Assembly (NCBI GenBank): GCA_012295275.1
Contig: CM022666.1
Location: forward strand, 1,240,001 to 1,304,000
Reading direction: 5' to 3'
From: Chrysomallon squamiferum
Taxonomy: Eukaryota > Animalia > Mollusca
DNA length: 64,000 bases
The notes under the pieces were generated by a model, which saw only the letters and a program-made list of their open reading frames with translations, searched no databases and had not been told where the DNA came from. A program made the translations under genes and the position numbers. Shown piece by piece: positions 55,298 through 64,000 of this stretch (position 1 is its first letter; every line of letters starts with the position of its first letter).

Positions 55298-55328
<31 letters not shown>

Positions 55329-55562
55329 ATATATGAATAAAATAAAATAAAATAAAAATAACGATGGTGTAATCTTGCAGAGAATCTTTTTTTTTTAATT
55401 ATGGTTTTTCGACTACTACCAGCCGTATCTGGCTGTAATTTTAATTAGTTATAAGTAATATCAAAAGGATGGTAGAAGTATATTTTTAAATAAATCTAAT
55501 ATTCAGTCATTGGGTTTTGATCGTTTACCATCGACGTCTGCCTATGTCTCTAGTTTATTGTA

Positions 55563-55634
55563 TCCGATGTGGTCTAGTGGTTAGGATTCCTGGCTTTCAC
55601 CCAGGTGGCCCGGGTTCAATTCCCGGCATCGGAA
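55563..55634 (+). tRNA. tRNA-Glu (TTC), copy 2
   Basis: Same 72-nt cloverleaf; T-run a few nt downstream. Confidence 0.97.
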
Positions 55635-56737
55635 CTCTAATTTTTATTTTTATACCAGATTCAGAAGAAAAAAAATAAGATGTCTAAAATAATTTCTTAA
55701 TTATTTTGTATAAATTGGAAGTTCTGTGAATATATTTTGACCGTTTACATAATGAAATATCAGTATGATTTTTTTTCACTTTTATTTCCTTGAACCATGG
55801 AATTGCCCATATACTGCACCAAGTACTTCGATTGTCACGTAATGCACTAGTGTATGTGAGAGTGGATGTGTGTGGGTTGGTGAGTGTGTGTGTGTGTGTG
55901 TGGGGTATTTTGGAGTGCTGATAGTACATGTTTATATATTTATGAACGTATGAGAGAATGTGTGTGATGATGGTTTGTGTGTGTGTATGTGTGTCTGGTT
56001 GTGATGTGAATATTCAACTATAAGAATGTTTCTACATTTTGTCTGAAGTAACAACAAACACTATTTGCATACGTTTATTTGTTAATTTTTGTTTCTTTTT
56101 TTTTTTTTTAACTTGATTTTATTTATTTTATTTTTCAGTAGAAATATTAAAACTAGAAAAATGTTTGTCTTTAATTCTCAAAACAATAGTTTTGATTGGT
56201 ATACAGTTTGAAAATTACACAATAAAACGGAAATATTCAATGCATATAAATATAGTAAACTTTCTGTAATTTAAAAAAAAAAGATTTGTGTAAATATAAA
56301 AATGTGAAAAACTTTTTTTTTGATAAATACTTGCTTTCCTAAGCTGAAATCACACAGATGTAAATCTCTCTCTCTCAACATTGAATATTTATAATGTATA
56401 AAATAATATATCCGGTTTATGATTAAACAACAAAAATATTTTTTAAAAACATTATATGTAAGGTTTTCAGCAGAAAAAAAAAAAAAAATTTAAAATTTAA
56501 AATTTCAATAAAAAAAAATTTAAAAAATTTAAAAAGTCAAAACTATAAATGAATATAGGTAAAAAATTAATCCTTTGAAACAAACTGTATTCCATCTTGA
56601 GTCAGTGTCTATAACATAACTACACATGGCTGTTTCTCTGTGCTGGTAGAAAAACAAGATACAAATGATTTTGAAAATAAAACCGGAGATTTGAATTACA
56701 CACAGTAGGATCACCGAACACGCACCAGTAAAGAAAC

Positions 56738-56841
56738 TTAGAAAAAGACTGTTTTGTTTTCACGAACTGACTCCAGTCCCTTTTGAATTATTTCAGTTGT
56801 CATCAAGTTTTCTTCCTTGGTGACCAGTGGCTTAGATTTGC
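56738..56841 (-). CDS. Gfo/Idh/MocA oxidoreductase copy A, last exon
   Basis: ttttcag|GC AAA TCT...TTT TTC TAA = (G)KSKPLVTKEENLMTTEIIQKGLESVRENKTVFF*. Confidence 0.88.
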
Positions 56842-57163
56842 CTGAAAAAATATAAAAAATATATACCAGTGCAAAACTTTTATTTTTATTTATTTAGTTA
56901 GTTAGTTATTTATTATTATTATTTTACCTTTACAGCCTATAACTATTTGTCTGACTAATGAGGAAATGAAAAATAGCCTAACTGAAATGCGTTTACAAAA
57001 CTTATGACAGCAAGACGAAATGTTCTATGTTAGCCGAGTCGCTTTCTTGTACCGCTTAAAGTTATCTCCCTTTACATTTATGAATAAAAGTGACTGGACA
57101 GATATTTAACAACATTCTCATTTCTAATAATAATAATGTTTAATGTCTCTTTCCTTTTCAGCC

Positions 57164-57197
<34 letters not shown>

Positions 57198-57466
57198 CAC
57201 GCACAAACACACACACACGTATGTATATAAGGGGACAAGGTGGAAAGTTTATATGTGGTAGGAATGTGCTTCTGGCAATAATGGAAATTAAAAACAATCG
57301 AAACGTTTATTACTATATATTAGGAGCAGAGTTTCCCGCATGTTGTCTTCAAATTTCCATCAGTGCTGATCAGAAAAACATGTGTTAAGATATCTCTGGA
57401 CCGGTGTGCACACATTTAACCTATTTTCACAGATTCTTTAGCACATACGCAGAGTTTCAAACTCAC

Positions 57467-57632
57467 CTTCAATGCAGTCTATGAAATGATTTATCTCATA
57501 AATGTACGACTCTCGGAACCTCGGACCAAATGATGCCAAGAGTCTGTTGCTTCGGGACCCGGCCTCGTCGTAAATTATTTCCGAGGATTTCCGAGGATTT
57601 TCAACAGTGGCCATCCCGTTTGCTCCAAATAT
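57467..57632 (-). CDS. Gfo/Idh/MocA oxidoreductase copy A, penultimate exon
   Basis: attcag|ATA TTT GGA GCA...GAA G|gtgagt = IFGANGMATVENP...SFGPRFRESYIYEINHFIDCIE. Confidence 0.9.
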
Positions 57633-57736
57633 CTGAATGAAACAAGATGTGACGTTGATTAGAGTGAACGAAACAAAATAAATAAATAGATGTAGAACAT
57701 AAAGTAATATGATATTAGCTGCACCTAAGCGCACCT

Positions 57737-58821
57737 AATCTGCCTCTGAAATTAACTGTGTTTTGTGTAGCTCTAAAATCATCTGCCTCTGAAACTAGAC
57801 TGGTTTTTAACTGTGTTTTGTGTACCTCTAAAATAATCTGCCTCTGAAACTAGACTGGTTTTTAACTGTGTTTTGTGTACCTCTAAAACTAGACTGCTTT
57901 TTAACTGTGTTTTGTGTAGCTCTAAAACAATCTGCCTCTGAAACTAGACTGGTTTTTAACTGTGTTTTGATGTAGCTCTAAAACAAAACAATCTGTGTTT
58001 TGCCTCTAAAAAATCTGCCTCTGAGACTAGATTGGTTTTTTTAACTGTGGTTTAAAATCATCTGCCTCTGAAACTAGACTGGTTTTAACTGCGTTTTATG
58101 TAGCTCTAAAACAATCTGCCTCTGAAACTAGACTGGTTTTAACTAGAAACTAGACTGGTTTTTAACTGTTTTGTGTAGCTCTAAAACAATCTGCCTCTGA
58201 TACTAGACTGGTTTTTAACTGTTTTGTGTAGCTCTAAAACAATCTGCCTCTGAAACTAGACTGGTTTTTAACTGTGTTTTGATGTAGCTCTAAAACAATC
58301 TGCCTCTGAAAATAGACTGGTTTTTTAACTGTGTTTTGTGTAGCTCTAAAATCATCTGCCTCTGAGACTAGATTGGTTTTTAACTGTGTTTTGTGTAGCT
58401 CTAAAATCATCTGCCTCTGAAATTAGACTGGTTTTTAACTGCGTTTAGCTCTAAAATAATCTGCCTCTGAAACTAGACTGGTTTTTAACTGTGTTTTGTG
58501 TAGCTCTAAAATCATCTGCCTCTGAGACTAGATTGGTTTTTAACTGTGTTTTGTGTAGCTCTAAAATCATCTGCCTCTGAAACTAGACTGGTTTTTAACT
58601 GCGTTTTACGTAGCTCTAAAATAATCTGCCTCTGAAACTAGACTGGTTTTTAACTGTGTTTTGTGTAGCTCTAAAACAATCTGTCTCTGATTACTAGACT
58701 GGTTTTTAACTGTTTTGTGTAGCTCTAAAATCATCTGCCTCTGAAACTAGACTGGTTTTTAACTGTGTTTTACGTAGCTCTAAAACAATCTGCCTCTGAA
58801 AGTAGACTGGTTTTTAACTGT
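57737..58821. repeat. ~55-bp minisatellite, ~20 copies, filling a dehydrogenase intron
   Basis: Unit AATCTGCCTCTGAAACTAGACTGGTTTTTAACTGTGTTTTGTGTAGCTCTAAAAC; ends a few nt from the donor at 58826-58827. Confidence 0.97.
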
Positions 58822-58827
58822 ACTAAC

Positions 58828-59066
58828 TTCCATTCTGATGTCGTGACCGTAGGCAGCAAACCGACTCGTAGTCAGAATCGACAGGATACCGCTCTTGTAC
58901 TTCAACACGGCAGCCATGGTGTCAGCTTCGCCAAACTTCGCCATTTCTACGTCATGCGCGAACGTCGTGACGTAGATACTTTCAGGTCTCTCTGCCTTTG
59001 TGATCCAAACCATGATGTCGATGTCGTGAACGGCCATGTCCGACAGTATGTTGCAGCCTGTTTTGT
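58828..59066 (-). CDS. Gfo/Idh/MocA oxidoreductase copy A, catalytic exon
   Basis: cccag|AC AAA ACA GGC...ATG GAA|gttagt; contains ILSDMAVHDID (D-x3-H-D catalytic motif of inositol dehydrogenases) and SRFAAYGHDIRME. Confidence 0.9.
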
Positions 59067-59524
59067 CTGGGAAAAACATTTGTGTTTGGCATTAGAACAT
59101 TATTTAATATGTGTTACAAGATGGCGTAATAAAATTAATATATGTGAAAAATTACAGAGCCTAATGAAAAGAAAAAAACTGTTAGTGAAAAATTGAAATT
59201 ACGAATGCAAATAATAATAGCTGATTTAAAAACCGGTGAAATTAAAAAAAAAAAAAACCATGATCACGTTTGGTCCAGTGCTTGCCCGAAAACTGGTCTG
59301 GTACGTTGTTGTTGAAAATCAAGGACAAAAAGCTAACACAACTTCTCCAGAACTAGTATTACGAGAATGTCTCTTGGGCAACAAGTAGCGAAGAATTGTG
59401 GAAAGCCATTAAATAATATTATAAAATAACTTAAACTATAATGCAGTCCTTTAAATTATCTCTGTGTGAAAAAAAAAAAGTGATGGTATAGAAGAAATAA
59501 AAGTATTAAACTCTGAACATTTAC

Positions 59525-59652
59525 CACAGTTCTTCAGAAACTCGTAGGACGGTTTGGGAGAATCTTTCGATGCCAAGGTCAAAAGTTGGATGTTTCCGAA
59601 GGATTGGTTTCTACACGCATTGACTGCATTTCGAAAAGCCGGATCAAATCGT
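59525..59652 (-). CDS. Gfo/Idh/MocA oxidoreductase (myo-inositol 2-dehydrogenase-like), copy A, most 5' exon present
   Basis: ttttcag|A CGA TTT GAT CCG...TGT G|gtaaat = (R)RFDPAFRNAVNACRNQSFGNIQLLTLASKDSPKPSYEFLKNC; RRFDP is the family motif following the Rossmann domain. Confidence 0.88.
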
Positions 59653-59882
59653 CTGAAAAGAGAGAGAGAGAGAGAGAGAAAAAAAAAATGAAATATATAT
59701 AAAGCTAATTAAATAAATTATGTAAATTGCAATATGATCAGATTCCATTTAGTTCTTCTGTTATTTTAAAAATCAGACAGGAAAAGAATTTTGGATAACA
59801 ATAATAATAATAATGATAATAATAATAACAAGGACAATAACAATAACATTAACAACAAGAACAACAATAAAACAATAACAAC

Positions 59883-59953
<71 letters not shown>

Positions 59954-60184
59954 ATGAATGAATAAATAAAAATAAAATAAAAATAACGATGGTATATTCT
60001 TGCAGAGAATCTTTTGTTTTTAATTAAGTGTTTTGGACGACAACCAGCTATATCTGGCTGTAATATAAATTAGGTATAATGTCAAAAGGATGGTAGAACT
60101 ATATTTTTAAAATAAATCTAATATTCAGTCATTTGGTTTCGATTGTTTACCCTCGACGTCTGGCTACATCATTAACAAATTGTA

Positions 60185-60256
60185 TCCGATGTAGTCTAGT
60201 GGTTAGGATTCCTGGCTTTCACCCAGGTGGCCCGGGTTCAATTCCCGGCATCGGAA
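60185..60256 (+). tRNA. tRNA-Glu (TTC), copy 3
   Basis: Same cloverleaf with a G9>A variant; followed by CTTTT. Confidence 0.96.
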
Positions 60257-61010
60257 CTTTTAATTTTAGACATTTTTATTTACTGAGATTATTTGTTTAA
60301 ATTCTGAACAATTATTTCAATTGTTTCGTACTTTCTATTTCAATGCTGACGATTTAGCTATGCAATCAAAAACTATTTTATAATATTTTACAATCGGAAA
60401 TATAATTTTGTATTGATATATATATATTTGTATAAATTAATGTTTAAAAACCAAAGTTGTATTTTTTCTCCTGTAACCAACAAATTCCGATAGAATTCGG
60501 TTTTTTTCGGGTTTTTTTCGTTTTTTTTTTTTTTTTTTAAATTTTTTTCTCTATAATTTAGTGATCGTTGAAAAATAAATATTTCTTGTTTTAGCATGAC
60601 TAATAAATCAGAAATGGTAGCCAAATATTCGCATGTTCTTTTTAGAAATCGTTAGAATGCTATTTCATCAGTATCATTCTTATTAAAGTTAAAATGAAAT
60701 AGATAAGTTCCTGTCTTTAAAGGCCACCTATGATGTACGAACATTTTTCTGAATCCCTTATTAGATCAACAATTCGTTAAAAAAAAAAAAAAAAAAAAAA
60801 AAAATTAAAAAACATTGTATAATCTTGCAGAGAAAAATCTTGTTTTTAATTAAGTGTTTTGGACTACTACCAGTTATATCTGGCTGTAATATAAATTAGG
60901 TATAATGTCAAAAGGATGGTAGAACTATATTTTTAAAATAAATCTAATATTCAGTCATTGGGTTTTGATCGTTTACCCTCGACGTCTGCCTATCTCTCTA
61001 GCTAATTGTA

Positions 61011-61082
61011 TCCGATGTGGTCTAGTGGTTAGGATTCCTGGCTTTCACCCAGGTGGCCCGGGTTCAATTCCCGGCATCGGAA
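61011..61082 (+). tRNA. tRNA-Glu (TTC), copy 4
   Basis: Identical to copy 2; followed by CTTTT. Confidence 0.97.
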
Positions 61083-61676
61083 CTTTTAATTTTAGACTTA
61101 TTTTTATTTACTGAGATTATTTGTTTAAATTCTGAACAATTATTTCAATTGTTTCGTACTTTCTATTTCAATGCTGACGATTTAGGTATGCACTCAAAAA
61201 CTATTTTATAATATTTTACAAACGGAAATATAATTATGTGTTTATATACATTTTTATATAAATTAATGTTCAAAACCAAACATTTATTAAATTTGTTCTC
61301 CTAATGTGACCAACAAATTCCGATAGCGTTTTTTTTTCTTCCTTTTTTTGTTGTTGTTGTTGTTGTTTGTTTTTGCTTTGCTTTGTTTTGTTTGTTTGTT
61401 GTTGTTGTTTGTTTTATTTTTTAATTAAGTTATCGTTGAAAATAAATATTTCTAGTTTACACGAATTAGAATGATTTCATGAATCAGAAATGATTGCCAA
61501 AATATTCGCCTGTTCTTTGCTGAAACCGTTATAATATTATTTCATTTTCATTCCTATTAAAGTTAAAATGAAATACAGTAGTAACTGTCTTTAGCGGCCA
61601 CCTATGTTGTATGGACACTTTTCTGAATCTCGATTGTTTTTCTATAGTTATGTCCCTTAGATCAGCGAATCCGTCG

Positions 61677-61712
<36 letters not shown>

Positions 61713-61716
61713 ATAA

Positions 61717-61759
<43 letters not shown>

Positions 61760-61993
61760 ATATATGAATAAAATAAAATAAAATAAAAATAACGATGGTG
61801 TAATCTTGCAGAGAATCTTTTTTTTTTAATTATGGTTTTTCGACTACTACCAGCCGTATCTGGCTGTAATTTTAATTAGTTATAAGTAATATCAAAAGGA
61901 TGGTAGAAGTATATTTTTAAATAAATCTAATATTCAGTCATTGGGTTTTGATCGTTTACCCTCGACGTCTGGCTACATCATTAATTAATTGTA

Positions 61994-62065
61994 TCCGATG
62001 TGGTCTAGTGGTTAGGATTCCTGGCTTTCACCCAGGTGGCCCGGGTTCAATTCCCGGCATCGGAA
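61994..62065 (+). tRNA. tRNA-Glu (TTC), copy 5
   Basis: Identical to copy 2; followed by a long T run. Confidence 0.97.
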
Positions 62066-62100
<35 letters not shown>

Positions 62101-63017
62101 GTTTTTTATACCAGATTCAGAAATAAAAAATTAGATGGTTAAAATAATGTTTTCATTATTTTGTATAAGTTGGAAGTTCTGTGAATAAATTTTGACCGTT
62201 TACATTATGAAATAATTGGAATAATTTTTATCACTTTTTGTTCTTTGAGCCATGGAATTTCCCATATACTGGATGTGTGTGGGTTGGTGAGTGGGGGGAT
62301 ATTTTGGAGTGCTGATGGTTGATAGAACATGTTTATATATTTATGAGCGTATGAGAGAATGTGTGTGATGATGGTTTGTGTGTCTGCTTGCGATGTGAAT
62401 ATTCAACTATAAAAATATTTGTACATTTTGTCTGAAGTAACAACAAACACTATTTGCATACGTTTATTTGTTTACTTTTTGTTTCTTTTTTTTTTTAACT
62501 TGATTTTATTTATTTTATTTTTCAGTAAAAATATTAAAATTAGAAAAATGTTTGTCTTTAATTCTCAAAATAATAGTTTTGATTGGTATACAGTTTGAAA
62601 ATTACACAATAAAACGGAAATATTCAATGCATATATGTAAGGTTTTCAGCAGAACAATAAAAAAAAAATAAAAAAATAAAAATTTCAATAAAAAAAAAAA
62701 TATCTGTTTTATGATTAAACAACAAAAATATTTTTTAAAAACATTATATGTAAGGTTTTCAGCAGAAAAAAATAAAAAATAAAAAATAAAAAATTTCAAT
62801 AAAAAAAAATAAAAAAAATTTAAAAAGTCAAAACTATAAATGAATATAGGTAAAAATTAATCGTTTGAAACAAACTGTATTCCATCTTGAGTCAGTGTCT
62901 ATAACGTAACTACACATAGCGCTGGTACAAAAACAAGATACAAATGATTTAGAAAATAAAATCGGAGATTTGAATTACACACAGTAGGATCATCGAACAC
63001 GCATCAGGTAAAGAAAT

Positions 63018-63121
63018 TTAGAAAAAGACTGTTTTGTTTTCACGAACTGACTCCAGTCCCTTTTGAATTATTTCGGTTGTCATCAAGTTTTCTTCCTTGG
63101 TGACCAGTGGCTTAGATTTGC
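63018..63121 (-). CDS. Gfo/Idh/MocA oxidoreductase copy B, last exon
   Basis: 104-bp paralogue of 56738-56841; same peptide and stop codon. Confidence 0.9.
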
Positions 63122-63437
63122 CTGAAAAATATTTAAAAAATATATATACCAGTGCAAGACTTTTATTTTTATTTATTTATTTAGTCCTTTCTTACTATTA
63201 TTATTTTACCTTTATAGCCATTAACTACTTGTCTGACTAATGAGGAAATGAAAAACAGGCTAACTAAAAGGCGTTTACAAAACTTATGACAGCCAGACGA
63301 AATGCTCTATGTTAGCCGAGTCGCTTTCTTGTACCGCTTAAAGTTATCTCCCTTTACATTTATGAATAAAAATAACTGGACAGATATTTAACAACATTCT
63401 CAATTCTAATAATAAAGTTTAATGTCTCTTACCTTTT

Positions 63438-63504
<67 letters not shown>

Positions 63505-63769
63505 GACACTCACACGTATGTGTATATAAGGGGACAAGGTGGACAGTTTATATGTGGTAGGAATGTGCTTCTGGCAATAATGGAAATTAAAAACAATCGA
63601 AACGTTTGCTACTATATATTAGGAGTAGAGTTTCCTCGCATGTTGTCTTCAAATTTCCATCAGTGCTGATCAGATAAAAAACGTGTATTAAGATATCCCT
63701 GGACCGGTGTGCACACACTTAACGTATTTTCAGAGATTCTTTAGCACATACGCAGAGTTTCAAGCTCAC

Positions 63770-63935
63770 CTTCAATGCAGTCTATGAAATGATTGATCTC
63801 ATAAATGTACGACTCTCGGAATCTCGGACCAAATGATGCCAAGAGTCTGTTGCTTCGGGACCCGGCCTCGTCGTAGATTATTTCCGAGGATTTCCGAGGA
63901 TTTTCGACAGTGGCCATGCCGTTTGCTCCAAATAT
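63770..63935 (-). CDS. Gfo/Idh/MocA oxidoreductase copy B, penultimate exon (gene continues beyond right edge)
   Basis: 166-bp paralogue of 57467-57632; same peptide, intact splice sites. Confidence 0.9.
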
Positions 63936-64000
63936 CTGAATGAAAGAAGATGTGACGTTGATTAGAGTGAACGAAACAAAATAAATAAATAGATGTAGAA

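Larger units (their letters stand above)
54520..64000. repeat. Tandem segmental duplication (period ~6.3-6.4 kb) with nested ~0.8-1.0 kb tRNA units
   Basis: ~54570-57700 matches ~61011-64000 (offsets 6441, 6431, 6280, 6303 at tRNA 1/4, tRNA 2/5, last exon, penultimate exon). tRNA spacings 993, 826 and 983 bp. Confidence 0.93.

Noticed and set aside
57737-58821. CRISPR-like appearance of regular repeats
   Set aside because: Head-to-tail units with no unique spacers, eukaryotic intron context, no cas genes.
56738-63935. Bacterial contamination or recent horizontal transfer of iolG
   Set aside because: The gene has multiple canonical spliceosomal introns and host-like flanks; Gfo/Idh/MocA members of this type are common in invertebrates.

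Overview
AT-rich, microsatellite-dense eukaryotic (animal) genomic DNA with spliced genes; gene content and repeat types suggest an invertebrate, probably a mollusc (inference). Almost all supplied ORFs are low-complexity artefacts, so genes were rebuilt by hand from splice sites. Left to right: (1) the first four coding exons of a beta-arrestin gene on the minus strand (ATG 35682; exons 35609-35682, 17824-17854, 5362-5422, 3385-3626; the gene continues past the left edge). (2) Head-to-head with it, a complete 6-exon FAM151A/menorin-like gene on the plus strand (39205-44966, 563 aa, signal anchor plus two tandem PLC/GDPD-like domains). (3) A small minus-strand gene for a PPPY/GYPPPQQ-repeat, Cys-rich tail-anchored (CYSTM-like) protein (46546-49372) whose third exon does not keep frame as assembled. 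(4) A ~470-bp inverted repeat pair around a CpG-rich element. (5) A tandemly duplicated block holding five tRNA-Glu(TTC) genes and two copies of the 3' part of a Gfo/Idh/MocA (myo-inositol 2-dehydrogenase-like) gene. The most unusual signals are a ~16-copy minisatellite whose unit is the FAM151A intron-2/exon-3 splice junction itself, and a 5'-less dehydrogenase copy that differs from its twin only at synonymous sites. All alignments and counts were done by eye.
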